In this document: piece after piece, positions 23,708 to 37,719 of the stretch
Layout: each line of letters starts with the position of its first letter
How positions within the stretch are numbered: position 1 is the first letter of the stretch
NCBI GenBank assembly: GCA_050084515.1
Contig: CM114271.1
Coordinates: 38,254,001-38,318,000 of the forward strand
Source: Blasia pusilla
Lineage: Eukaryota
DNA: 64,000 nt
Direction: 5' to 3'
Program-made: the position numbers and the translations under genes
The notes under the pieces: generated by a model
Seen by the model: the letters and a program-made list of their open reading frames with translations, nothing else
The model's database searches: none
What the model was told of the DNA's origin: nothing

Positions 23708-26700
23708 TCATGTGCATGTGGAACCATCCATATTCAAAAGCACTGATCTTGCATGTGTGTCTAGCTCATCTTGCAAGCCCAATCTCTTCTTTCTTGGTCT
23801 TGGCTTTGGAAAGGATGGTAACCTACTTGAGGTTCCATCCTGGGATGGACACAAGACTGTGTTATATCCCAATCCATGTTGTGTACTCTGTCTCTTTGCT
23901 TTTTCTGACCAACGCTCAATGTTGGACTTCACTCGTTTGACAGAATTATTGTTTTGGAAACCATCATTGTATGTCTGAAAGGGGTTTCCCGGTTGCTGTG
24001 TCAAGCCATTTCTAACAACAACTTTTGTTGTTTCAATCCGACCATTTATTTCCCTCAACATTTTAGACGCCATTCTTAAAAGCAAGTCACTACCATGGCA
24101 ATGATTTTGCAACTCAGAGTACAGTTTGTCCATAGTAGCCTCCATTTCTTGGGTTAAACTCGATAAATAAGATTCTTCGACTACTAGTGTTGTCTCAAGC
24201 GAAGGGCTTATACTCGTCTCTGTGTATGGAATTCATTCTGAAAGACACTTCAAATTCAAATAATCAGATTCTAGTTGAAACCTGAAGCATAAGTAATAGC
24301 CAAATTATTTCAATGTACTTGCACTACAAGATTTTGTATTAGTATTTAAAAGGAAACTTGGTATTTTGTTGAGATCGAGGAGGTCGCCGGAGATATGACT
24401 TTCAATAGATCTTGAATTCGTCACTGTCATTTTTAGTTGTGCAATTCCTCCCCATTTGGTGCCCAATCGTCTTCCAAGTATATTCACAAGGTCCTCTTCG
24501 TTGTAATCCTCTCGTAACAAAGCTGCAATCTAGAGAGAGATCTCATCATAGAAATCATGATACTTGCATTAGAATATGGACAATAAGACAATTTGTGGTA
24601 CCCAAAAAGGAAAACAAAAGTATTACTTACCATGTGCTTGCAGATGTTCCCCTTTAGGGACCAAGGACACTCACAATGACCCCATTTGGTGTCATAGTTG
24701 TATACTTCATACCATTTTGTTGGTATTGTTTGGCTCCTAACACGTGCCATCTTTACTTGCCCCCTTGATTCAATAAGCTGCACATCGCCTGTTGGGATTT
24801 CTCTTCCTTTCAATACTGCATTATTCACATATTGCTCTTCTATTGCGTTTTGTACAAAACCTCTTTTTTTCAAGTGAATGTGAAAATACCAAGCCTCTAC
24901 AAAACTGCTAAGCTTCCAAACTAGGTAGTCTCCTCTTCTTCGAGCAATACTCCTGTTGTCATTAGCAAGAACTGCTTTCATGCTTCCATGATATGCTTCA
25001 ATTGCAACGTTCGTGTCTTGGTTTGCATGAGGGTAGTCCCTTGCCACTTTCACCCACTTACCTATGCTCAAACAAAAATACATAGATTTATAATTAATCT
25101 AGACACTTGCAATATTAATATTCTAGAGAAAAAACCAAAGAAAATATCACTCATATACCGATTATGTAAGTATTGCAAATATATCGGAGAAACAAAGACA
25201 CCCACCTAATTTTGGCTCCCAATAAGTCCTTATATAGTTGATGAATTCAACTTCCTCTTTGAAGTCTGAATAGAATTGTTGTAGCAAGATCTTTGCATCA
25301 TCCAAAATCACACCTCTAGTGTATGTGCCACACCGATTTACGTACATAATTTCTCCTAGATGTCGTGACATGTGAGCTCTCATGATTGCACATCGAACCT
25401 TTCGTTTCAACTGCTTCAACCAGTCATGGCGTACATGCCAGAGACACAATATGATACTTGAGTTGGAAAATATTACCCTGCAAGTAAAGTTATTGGTGAG
25501 TTACAGCATGATTGAAAAAAAATACCCGGAATACCTTCAATGCATGTGACCAATATGCCTATGTAACAGAATGAAAAATCATATTGAAAAACAAAAACAC
25601 GGCTATGGAATGACCCTGTAGCAAGAGAATACTTCAATGCATATCCTTAATGTACCTCAATGCATTTTGCTTGGCGTTGGCAACGTCTACTATGATTGCA
25701 TTCGGCTCCCAATAGGGTTGTTGTCTTCTACATTTGGTTACCACTGCATGTAGCCATTTCACCAAGTGCACCTCCTTGGAGCTACTGGTCAAAATCCATG
25801 CTACAAGTATTCCAGTGTGGTGCTCATCAAACACTAAGATGGTATACAAAGGAAACTACACACAAAACTCCAACACATCAGGATTGTTACAAGTAGACAT
25901 GAAATTAAACTTTGCAAAATTTTATTTTGTGTACATATGAATAACGAGTAACGAACCTTGCTTCGAGTAGTGCCAAAAGTACTATCCATGCTAAGGACAC
26001 TGTTGTATCCGTATTTCACTATCAATTGCAATTGCCAAGCGCTCTGGAATCCCAATATGAAAGGTCTTGGATCATCAAAATAAGGCTCATAAAAGAAGAC
26101 CTTCTCTGGATAGAGGTTTACATAAGTACTCAAAGATTCATTTTCATCTAAACAAAACTGGAAAGTCTCCATATTCAAGGACTTCTTTGCATTTGAAGGA
26201 AATCATCCCTTGTCATACTCCCCTCAAAGTCAGGAGAGGTGTCAGATCTCATTTTAAGTATCATCCCATGCTCGCACATAATCTGGTGGGGCTTTATCCC
26301 GAGTCTAAACCTCTCCTTTATGTAACATATCAACTCCTTTGAGATCATAGGAGCATACATTTTAGGAGTGTCCAAACTTGTTGGGTCATTATTGCTGTGG
26401 CATGGCATCCCATCCTTGTCAACATGTAATCTATGTTTGTAAATGATCTTAGCCACATACATTGGAGCCTTGATTTCAGATACATAAAAGTGACAGAGAC
26501 ACCCTTGCTTCCAACTATCTCCCCGTACAATTTTTTGGGCACGAGGCCGACTACCTGGGCCTGATTTGGGAATGCTTGACCTGTATAAAAAGAGAGGAAT
26601 GCATCCCATCATACATAAATATAGTATCTCTCCAGGAGGGACAAAAGCAATGGAAATAAATTGAATGCAATATATACAAGAACAAAAGATGATTGATCAG

Positions 26701-27173
26701 CTTCCTTGTCTAACTTTCCTTGTTCCTATCATTACTCCACTTTAAAAAAATATACCACTTATCCCAGTTCACCTGCTCACAACCGATTGATGGAAGTGTC
26801 GCTTGTCTTGAGGTCCGTAAGCACAATAGTACATGGTGTATGATGATTCCTCGCCTTCGTCTTCTCCCAATCTTTCTCCTCTGCACCTGGATGTGCCCTT
26901 CCAAAAGCTCGTGGGGTTTACATTGTATCCATTACCCTCCCCGATAATGAAGTCCTCCAACCTATGCCAGGGGATATACGATGCATTATAGAGATCCCAA
27001 TGGAGATCTTTTGCTGATATGTATCCCATCGGCAAGTCTGCTTGGTGTTCCATCATATTCGTGGCTAGAATTCTGCTTGTCAATGCACTTCTATTTCCAT
27101 GCGTATTTTCCTCCACTTGTTCATGTGATGGAGGAAGGGTTGATGTCAAGTCAACAGGATTGTCGATATCCAT
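23708..27173 (-). pseudogene. Multi-exon Mutator(MULE)-type transposase with SWIM zinc finger, resembling the plant At4g13970/At1g60560-type family; probably disrupted
   Basis: YIPWHRLEDF, YYCAYGPQD, KQGCLCHF..HVDKDGMPCH, SMDSTFGT (D), ILVFDEHHTGILVAW, AIIVD (D), CLWHVRHDW, DTNVAIEAYH (E), SWIM CECPWSLKGNICKH. Apparent frameshift near 26180. Family resemblance is from memory. Confidence 0.85.
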
Positions 27174-29210
27174 ACTTACCTAAATACAAGAATTTGATTA
27201 TAATGCATGAGAAAAGTCATATGATCTTCAAAAAAAAAAAAATACAAGTACCAAAATTAAATAAACAGTAAGATTGTGAGAAATGACGGAATGCCTTTCA
27301 ATACTACAGATTCTACTCTCCTTTACAAGTATCACAGAAAATGGGATGAATGTTCATAATGTAAGCACACAAAGATCCTAAAGAAAAAGTCAATTTAACC
27401 CATAACAAAAAGTGATAAGGGGATGATGTCCTTTCTTGAACATACCCCTTTAATTCCCTACCGTCATAGAAAATGGGTGAATGTTGGCAACATAAGCACA
27501 CACAGAGCCTACACAGAAAGTAAACTTAACCGATAGTACTAAATCAAAGCTCAAATATGATAGCCATCGAACAAAAATCCTTAAAATACATACTAGACAA
27601 AAAACAAGCTCAACCATTCCAATATATCAGACAAATCATGTGATCCTCGACAAAAACCTCGAAAGTAATCAATGTCATAAAGTAATATAAGTGAGAGGTG
27701 ACGGAATACCTTTCGGCTGTACATATTCTACTCCTAAAGCCTTGCAATATAGATATTGTGAGTCCCTATATGGAAACTGAATTTTACCAACAATACCACC
27801 CTATAGTTCAAGTGACGGAATACCTTTCAGTAGTGCGTGGTATACTCCTAAAGCCTTAGATAATACCCAAATCATCAAGCATGCTTTTCAAAAGACATGA
27901 GTGTAACATAGTCTTCTCTAGTTGTTGTAGTGATTTAATTTTCAAAACATACGCCTTGACTCTTCTACTTCCTTTACTCTCCTACTGTCGTACAAAAAGG
28001 ATTAATGTCTACAATATAGATACTCTAAGTGCCTATATGGAACTTGAATTTTACTTAAAATACCACGATAAAGTTGAAAAATTATAGGCATCTTCCAATA
28101 TAACAAGGCATGTAATCAAACTAAAAAAGTAGTAGACAAACACTAAGAGTGTGAGATATGTCAGAATACCTTTTGGCAGTACATGCTCTAACAGAAATCC
28201 TATAAGTACCTAAAACTTACTCATCTGAAGAGTAGAAAAAATCAAAATCGATTATTGGTGTATGGAGTGAGGATGAATGAATCCCGCAAATACCAAAGAA
28301 AGACCAAGAGTATTAAGATGAAAAGACACCTTCAAGATAGATTTTCTCTATTTTCTAACAATTGGAGTGAGATCATTCTCACAATACACATTTTATAGTC
28401 GCCTACTGTCAAACAAACAAAGTCAAAAAATTAACAGTATGGTAGTGGCCTTGGCGGAAAGCCTTATGATATTACTATATCTGCTCCAAAAAACGCACTG
28501 TGATTGTGACATTGACGGAATACTTTCTGGTAGTACTATGTCTAATCTGAAAGCTCCATTTCCAAGCAAAAGCACATGTTTGCTTCACATGACAGGAGTG
28601 TTACAGACTAGTTTCTATCATTGAGAGTGAGGTCATTCTCAACCTCACGTTTACACTCCTAATTTCACAAAAAATGTGAAGAAAGAACATCTAAAGACAT
28701 GGAGTTCGTACATCGAATCTTATTTAATCTACAATACTAAAAGAGAGCTATTCGTACCCTCCTAAAAATAAGTCTTGGAGACCATAAACCATACTATTAG
28801 CCTGTATAGAGTTGGAGTCACAAATATTACTCTATGCATAATTATAAAATGATATAAAGGAATCTCTGTAAGAAAGATCTCCCAATTTTCGGCCATGTGA
28901 AACCAAAATCCGCTCCAACCTGAAAAAAACACATCAATAAAACTTATGAATTATCAACAGAACTTTGTTATCCAAAATGATCTCCTCAACATGTTGAAAG
29001 AAAAAAACTAACAAAAGAATGCTCTCATTAACAAAATTAAAAAAATGTTACCTAATTCTTACGCCGCTTTCGCCCCATTATTGATTTGCCATATACATTC
29101 TTCCTTTTTGCCCGTCGAGTGGGTGGTGTAGCCAACATATCTTGAAGGACCTCTGACCTTGTCTTCCCTAGTTCTCTACACTCCTCCATAGTGGGAGATA
29201 ACCCCGTGTG

Positions 29211-31975
29211 TCATGGAATATTCTTGGGCCTTATGTCCATGTCATCCACAAGAAGATCCATGTTTGTCTCCGCCATGATTTGAGTGACATGAAGTTGGCA
29301 GGCATTTGGAAAATCTCTTTCCACCTCCCCGCACTTGGCAGCATTGGCTACTTGGCTTGTGGGTGGAGGAATACCCCATTCATCGTTGATCTCATGGAGA
29401 TCTCTTAGAATCTGGCTATCAGAAATTTGATCAATGGGATCCATATCATCCAATGAAGCTAACCCCTGCCGTGTACATTGTCCTCCTCTCCATTCTGCAT
29501 TGATACCCTATTCTTTCCCTTTCTATTTCTTGGTACATATGAAGAAGCAACCTTCAAAAGATTCTTCCTCAAAGAATTAAGGTCATGGGTAGAAGGTCTC
29601 TCAATGTATGAATCTCCAATAATAGGATCACCATCATCACTAGCCAAACCTCCTTTGGATGTCTCATGACAATCCAAAGCACTACCAATGGGGGTAAAGA
29701 AAACATCATGTGTAGAGATATGGGATATACTATCATTTATGCATCCCACTTGGTTATACAAAGTCTCTACAATACCCACAGTGTCAACTACAACATCTCC
29801 TAAATCATCCACTTTATGAGTTCGTGCCATTTCCTCCATATTACCCTCCGACATCTCTGATGGAACTCTGGATGTGCTCGAAATAACTTCTGTATGATGA
29901 TAAATATCACCTCCGGTATTTCCAATCTCACCATCATCCCCACCACCACCACATCCAATTGCTGGAATGCCTTTCTCCAAACTTGCAACACTAAAAGGTA
30001 CTCCGAGACTTCCCTCCACAACTCCAATTGAATGTACAATGTCTACATGCAAGGGAGCAGACTCACCAAGACATTCCCCATCCACAAGAGAGCTACCTTG
30101 CAAATTCACCTCAACATGGGGAGACCCAATGCCATATTCACCACCACACACAATAGCTGGAATGCCTTCCACAACTGCAGCAAGAGAAGGTACTCCAAGG
30201 CCAACCTCTGGTAGTCCAACTGAAAGTAAAGTCTCTATATCCAAGGGATAAGACTCACCAACACGTTTCCCATCCACATGAGAGCTACCCTTCAATATCT
30301 CTCCTTGTGTCAAGTTAATCTCAACATACGGAGACCCAACACCAGCACCATCACACACACTGGCTGGAATACTTTCCATCATTGCACCACTAGAAGATAC
30401 TCCAATAACAACCTCCGGTACTCCAACTGAAAGTAAAGTCTCTTCATGCGAGGGAGGAGACTCACCAACATATTCCACGGCCACATAAGAGCTACCCTTC
30501 AAGATTTCTCCTTGTGGAAGGTTCATCTTGACACATGAAGGGCCAATGGACACATTACAACTTCCGGGTGTTGGAATAGTTTCCTATACATCAGTAGTAC
30601 ATGGTGGAAATTCTAGACCAACCTGGTCTTCAACCATCACACAAGGGGCCTCAATAGGGGAAGAAGAAGGGGCAGTACCCGATATTCTTTTTGCTCCCTT
30701 CTTCAAGGACTTGGATACATGTGGAAGCCCAACCTTGGAGCAAGATTCACCTCCCATAGATTTGGTGTGCTCTCTGACCTTTCTAACTTCTTCCACATGC
30801 GTCGAAACAATATGGTCCTCCCTACTCTCACCAAAATCTTCTACACTCCTTGCTGTAAACTTCTCAACAATAGGCTTAGAAGCCAACTTACTTCGCCTCT
30901 TTGGGCGCAAAACCTGAAAACCACTAATATCATCACATTCATCTCCATGAGAGGTGGGAGGTGGTTTGCTAGAGCTACTCCCTATTGTAGATTTATGTAC
31001 ATTCCTCCTAGACCGATCTAAATCTACATCCCTCTTCTCCCTTGGGACATACTTGGAAGCTCTTTCTTCACAAACCTCTTTGACCTCCTCCAAGTTTCTT
31101 CCCTCCAACCATTCATTCCATTGCTGTTTAGCCATGAAATCGGAGTACTTGGCTTGATCCCTTTCAAGCCAAACCATTGGGTTCTGTTTCTTACGAGAAA
31201 TCCAAGCTTGTGTCTCCTTCAATTGCTTAGATCTCTCATCTGAAAAAATGGCAAGAAGCACACCCAAACACACACCCCCTTTCTTCTCCTCTACTCCCCA
31301 AAGTTTCTTCACCAACTCCAAATGAACAAAGTAATTCTTCCCCCTCCCAATCTGGTCTACAGAACCAGGTTTACTAGCTCTCTCAATGGCAACCAAGCAT
31401 GCTGAGACTGTCATATCCATCGTTAAATTGCTTTCACCGCACTTTCAAACTTTCACAAGACACGTGTTGTACTTTTCTCTATCCAATAAGTCATCCCAAT
31501 CTTGGATACCAAGGCACTTGGGGAGATCACACTCCATTAAAGCAAGCAATGCTGGCTTCTTGAACAAGTGTGGTATGACAGGATCTCGTTCCATTGTCAA
31601 CCATGTCTCAGACCAATGTTGTCTAAATCTGTATAATTTTTCCCTCTTCATCTTTTCTAAACGCCCAATAGCATCTCCTGATTTTCTCATCAAATCTTTC
31701 TCTCTTTGCTTCTCACTAATGTTCCTCTTACGACCCTTCACAGGGTCGTCAGGATGCCTATCGGCATTTTCCAAAGGTACTTAGTAACTTGGGTGCAAGT
31801 GAGGGTGCTTCTTAGTCAAGTGCTGATTGCACTTTGTTTTGTTCTTTGCAGAGTAAATACGACTACAAACTAGACACATCCACTTTGTGCCATCATGCAA
31901 ATACCTCCAATAGGTATTTTCCCCCAATGGAACGCCACAAACTACCCGGGTGGAAACTGAGGTCGGGGTAGCCAT
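29211..31975 (-). pseudogene. Long broken ORF: N-terminal C2H2/BED-like zinc finger, charged middle region, three repeats of about 70 aa; probable transposon accessory gene
   Basis: WMCLVCSRIYSAKNKTKCNQHLTKKH. Consecutive same-strand ORFs of 109, 278, 364 and 80 aa. Repeat NLxQGEILKGSSxVxxxxxGESxPxxxxxLLSVGxPEV. Confidence 0.55.
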
Positions 31976-33790
31976 GGGAAAAGAAAACCTGAAACACATT
32001 CAAGAAAGTATCACAAACCATGAAATGAACATGTTCCAAAGGGATAAAACCTAACCAAACCCAATATTTGTAGGCAATGAAACTTCCCACTAAGTATCTG
32101 ATGTGAAATGAATTTCCAAAACTTGGTATTCTTCTAAAATCCCCCTTGCTTTAAAAGCTGGAATACTTTCCATTCCTCCCTCAACCACGTTGCTCAAAGG
32201 TGAGTATCAATCTACAAGAGGAGAGAATGCAACGGTTCCAAAAAATTCGGCAATCAGTTGTAGCTCAAAAACTACCCATCTGAACTACTTTTTCCATGTG
32301 AGGTTTCACAAAAGTATGTTTAGAGACTAATTTCCATCTCAAATTATTTCCTCCATCAGCATTAGAGAGTGGTGAAGCAAATTTCTATTTGTCAAGCTAC
32401 ACTAGAGTTTTCCTTCAACTTGTTTCATGACGTATCTTCATGGAAGCAGGCAATGTAACTTTAATGACCTCACCATTTCGGGTGGGCTCCCAAGCAGGCT
32501 GCTCTGCATTCTTTGACTATGGTGAACACCCAAGTTGAGAGCTCCTCTTATTATTTGTGGGGTTTTTGCACGTGTCATACCAAGATTTTTTAAAGTGCGC
32601 TACATCGGGCAAACAACACTATGGAGTGCTGCAGGTTTTGGTCTCTTTCTGGGAGCCGAGAGTTTCATTCATTGTGGAAACCAGAGTTAGAGATGAATGT
32701 GAGTACACACATAACATATCGGGCCCTCTACAGTGTTCACAAATTTCACGGTCAGACAGAATGTGATTAGGTACTAAAAAATTAGATTATTTGTTTGAGA
32801 CAAGCTATAGGAAAGCGGTAACCGCTACCGGTTAGAACTCAAAATTTGGATTGAAAATTAATGTTATATGTCATCCGATTAGACAAAAAAATCATCTACA
32901 ATTGGTTCATGTTTGGCGTTAGTTGAATCCTGTTGAGAATATGTTCATCTTTCGTAGGGGTTCTTGACCGCATGCGAGATTCATTACATCTCTCCCACGT
33001 TGGAATTCTACTGTACAGTGTTGGGTGGATGGTTGTGGATTATTTTCAAATGGTTAGTATACATAATTACAAGAATGTTGTGGGCAGAGGAAGCAAACAG
33101 AGCTGCTATTACATTGATCTCCTATAGCTAGTTGTGTCAAATCGGGCGATGCTTTACATGGAAAGATGCGGATCAAGGCAATTGGGAACGATAAGCATCA
33201 AAATCATGGAAGTGTTGGATATCTTCCGAGACTTCCACGATATATGGACATCGGTGTTATTCAAACTGATTTCACCACTGCTTCCCGCTAACCATAGTCA
33301 GAGGATTCAGAGCAGAGCCCTGGAACGATAATGATCGAATCTTGGACATGTCAGCCTCAATGATTCACAAGGCGTGGGATACGGACATCCAAGCTTGGCG
33401 TTACATCTCTAGCTTTGGATTGCCTGTCAAAAATCATCACATGTCAAATACAATCTAGCCAGAAAGTTGCTATTTGAAGACGTGACGTTTCTCGAGTCAT
33501 TCCATTAATGTTCAGCTTCTTCTTTTCCGTTTTTTCTGGACTTTGCAAACGGGAAGACTAGTGCTGAGAGAGCACAGGGATTGGCAAAAGGAATTTTGGG
33601 GGCATTGAGACTCGCCCGATTTTAGGGACTTGTCCATAAATGAGGTACTTTGACTGTGGCATAGTAGGTCCACACAAATCTAAGCGCGACACTAACTGTC
33701 GTTTGTTCCCACTCTCTCATGAGTAATTAACAAATGCGCACTATGTATACGACTAGACTAGAATGATGCAGGTCATGTATCTACGGAAGC

Positions 33791-34042
<252 letters not shown>

Positions 34043-35973
34043 TGGATCTTGTAAAAGTTAGTAGTAAAAGGCACGGTAGTTGGGGGAGAAAATCATAAGT
34101 ACCGCACCTAGTGAGGACTTCATATGGACTCTATGGCTATAGATCACACAGTGCAAAGGCATCTTAAAAAAACCTGTCATGTGCAATAGTGACGGAACTA
34201 TAATGAACGGCAAAGAATAATAAAAAACTGACGAGAGTGAAGATTCGAGCATACCTCAACAGCGGAAAGTATTCCAGATGCACCTTTGTGATTAAAATGA
34301 TTCAAAGCTACTTTGCTCTTATCAAGTTTGCCACCACGTTCACCTTCATTTGAGAGCCACCAAATCAAGAGAATCATTCTAGAAAAAGACATACGTAATC
34401 TTCTCCCGCCTTGCCTCCAACACGAATGGTATTGCTACGATCCCTGCATATTTGAGCAAACTTAGAGATGGAAATTATTCCAGATGAACCTCCGCGATTG
34501 AGATGATTTAGATTCGCCTTTTCGTAATCCAGATTGCCTCTGAACGCCACCGGGTTCGCCTTTCTTTCAGAGCCGCCAAAACGTGCGAATCACACTTGAA
34601 AAGCACCGTAGAAAAATAGTGACCTAATCTTCTCCCGCCCTACCTCTAACATGAACGATAGACCTTGCATCTCTGCCCGATCTCCCTCGGAAGATATTCC
34701 AACAAGGTGAAGAGAAATACAGAGTGAAGGTAGCGGTTCAGGTGCCCCGAGTCTCCCTTACAGAATCACGCTCACTCCCTGCTCGCCAATTGCAGAATTG
34801 GGGCATCAATCTCGAAACTCAAGAAGGTCATTCAAAGCTAACCGACGGTTGGATCTAAACAAGCCCAAATCTTCACCGTTCATCCTTATGACCCTACTAT
34901 TCGTCACACAAAGAAGGTGGGGATCGACTTTGGAGGCAGCTCATTGGTGGCTGCTAGGATGGAGCCTCCATCTAAAAATTGGAGCGTGGATAAATGCCAA
35001 AGGAAGCCCAGAAATCCCCACACTTCTTTCGCCAAACCGCGCACGCCATTCACATGCCCATGGGTGGGATGGTTACATGGGTGATGGGTGGGATGGGTAC
35101 ATGGGTGCGAGCCGACCCGCCGCGGATATCCAACCCACATGGCGGATATATAGGGCTCGGCCGGAACTACTCTTCTGGCCTCTTTGGGGAGTGGGTGATA
35201 GCGGGTCAGGGGTGGGATGACGGGTGGGTAGGGGGCGTAGGGGGGGTTCCAGAGGTTTTGGAGTTCCAGAACCTAGAGCCAATAAAGGCTCTGAGTTCTG
35301 AGACTACAGATAGCCTCCCAACTTTCGGTACGCATCCCTATGGACATGACCCATCCCTTACTCCTTCTTCCCCAACTTCCTTGGAACCCCTTGTACGTAG
35401 CTATACATGGTGACTTATTAATGCACTCCTTCCTCCCTTCATCCTGGGTGCGGCGCGGTTGCGCGACCTGCGACCTTGCCACTTTGACTCCTTGACCGTG
35501 GCTATACCAAACAGCCTCCTCTATACGACTGATCACGTATGTGTGCCCTAACTCAAGCCTAACCTAGTGAGCTACGACTTAACACTAGTCTCTAGCCGAC
35601 TTTATTTGAAAACCCCCCGGGGGCTGCAAGGCCTATTCAACACTCTTTTTCTCCTTATCCCGACACGCACTTCTCACCTGACAGAAACACAATCGAGAAC
35701 ATTCGCCGCTACATTCTATACTACCCTCTGCTGTTGCCCTCTGTCAACCCGCACCAATATGATCTGAGAAAAATGGGTAGCGCTTCCGCGCACAACCTTA
35801 CGAATATAAAAATGACAAACAAACGCCACACACGCGTCTCCAGGGGCTCCCCACTTAGGCAACTCACTTGCCTACCTACAACCAACGAACTCCTTGCCCC
35901 CTCGCATCTTTCTCATGTAAAATTAGAGTAATAAAACTCCACTCATGAATCTACATCGGCATATCGAACCACA

Positions 35974-36485
35974 TCTATCCTCTGCTATAAGGGAATCCGG
36001 ACGCTAGCACCCTAGTCCCTACATACCCACACACGTACATGCAAGAGAGGTGGTCCTAAGGCTCAACATGAGAAAGATGGCTTGAGAAAGAAATCTCTCT
36101 CACTCTTATACCCTTGGAAAGAGCCAAAAGGCTCTTCCCCCAAAAATAGCCCATCCAACATTAACGTGCCTGCTCAAGTTATCGGGTGATTGTGGACTTG
36201 GTCAACAGGTCACCTGACGGACTAAAACCAAAATAGGAAAATTGGCGTAAACGATGTTCCCAAGGCAACAGACCTTTCACCAGACTCACCACCCTCATCT
36301 GACATCTTGAGATGAAGTTACACCCAAGACAGTCCGCTGGCTCTCTATCTCGTCGCCACGATAGATCTCTACCTGTGATGATGTGACAAATCCTCTCAAA
36401 AATTATATAAAATGAAATTCAAAAAAAAGATTTTTTAAAAATTTTAAATTTTGACGCGAGTGCATCGCATGGGCATTCTTACTAG
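35974..36485 (+). mobile_element. Possible short non-autonomous Helitron
   Basis: A|TC start (TCTATCCTCTGCTATAAG) and a Helitron-like 3' end GTGCATCGCATGGGCATTCTTACTAG|T. The 5' end is a guess. Confidence 0.4.
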
Positions 36486-37101
36486 TTTTGAATTATTTTT
36501 GGATCTATTAAAAAAAATTTCAAGAGGAATTCGAATCCTTCCAATTTCTTGGGGACAATTTTGCTCTTTTTCTCCTTTATTTCTAAAAATTTAGAAGGAG
36601 TAATTTTGGGAGAAAAAACTACTATGGACTTCACTCATCCATATGTCCTCCAACAAAACAAAACAAAACAAAAATTCTTCCTAAGATCTAGCTCCACTAT
36701 AGAAGGAAACTAATTTCCAAATGAGGAGAGGATCTTGAAAAGTTAGGAGGAAAAGAAAAATTGGAGTGGTATGAAGGAGAAAGAGGAATCTATTATTGGA
36801 GTTTCAATTATGAGACTCGTAAATGACTATTTGTGAGTTTGTAGAGTGTCAAGTTGCAAGTCTCATGTGACTCTAATGTTAGTCCTCATACTCACAAAGT
36901 GCGAGTCCGAGAAGCCAAAAATTTTGAGTTTGACTCGCAATCACATTTGCGAGTCCCTTGCGAGCTCAATATGAGTCATGGAAATCGCCACAGTTGAACA
37001 GTTGTGGTGACTTGCAAACCACTAGTCACTCGCAAAGCAATGTGGAATCACAATGGACTCACAAACTACCACTTATAATATACCCAAAATCTCTAGTAGT
37101 G
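36486..37101 (-). mobile_element. CACTA-like terminal segment with subterminal GACTCGCAA-type repeats (copy 1)
   Basis: Minus-strand start CACTACTAGAGATT at 37101; similar in inverted orientation to 37830-38420 and 49406-50000. Confidence 0.6.
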
Positions 37102-37719
37102 GTAAATAAATAAATAAAATCGGTAATAGGTGTTGCCACTCCCTAATTAACGCAATTGCATGGTAAAATGGAAATCTATTTGGAATCTTCTTATATGGTC
37201 CAACCATGGATGGTAACAATCACTCAATGTTGAATGGAATCTTTAGGAGTTCTTTTAAGAAAGTAACATGATATTGAAAATTTCAATTATCATGTAGGAA
37301 AAAATAATTATCACGTCAATGAAAAACTCTCCAATTATTTTGGATACAGTATTTGAGAAGGTTCTAGTAAAAATCTACAAAAGATTTGAGTTTCCATCAT
37401 AATGATTACTTGGCTACTTTTTGTTGTTGGATTTTTTTCATGCCTATATTCATCCCTCACAATTTTTCCTCATGGTTTCTTCTTAGTTTCTTCTCCCCCT
37501 CCCCCCGACATTTCTAGTAGATTCCTCTATGTACATTTTCTATTGTCGCATCTTTTTGGTATACCCTTTCTTCTCTTCTTAGAGACACCTAAATACCCAA
37601 ATGATGATAAGATTCCCATTTAGGTGAATTATACCCCTAATACCTATCCTTGAGGATCTATACACTTTCTCCCACCTACATCTCCAACAATGTGATTATT
37701 TTTGTACCACATAACCAAC

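Noticed and set aside
34798-35413. GC-rich ORFs and G-run cluster
   Set aside because: Low-complexity GGGTGGGATGG repeats with no domain; probably an unclassified repeat fragment.
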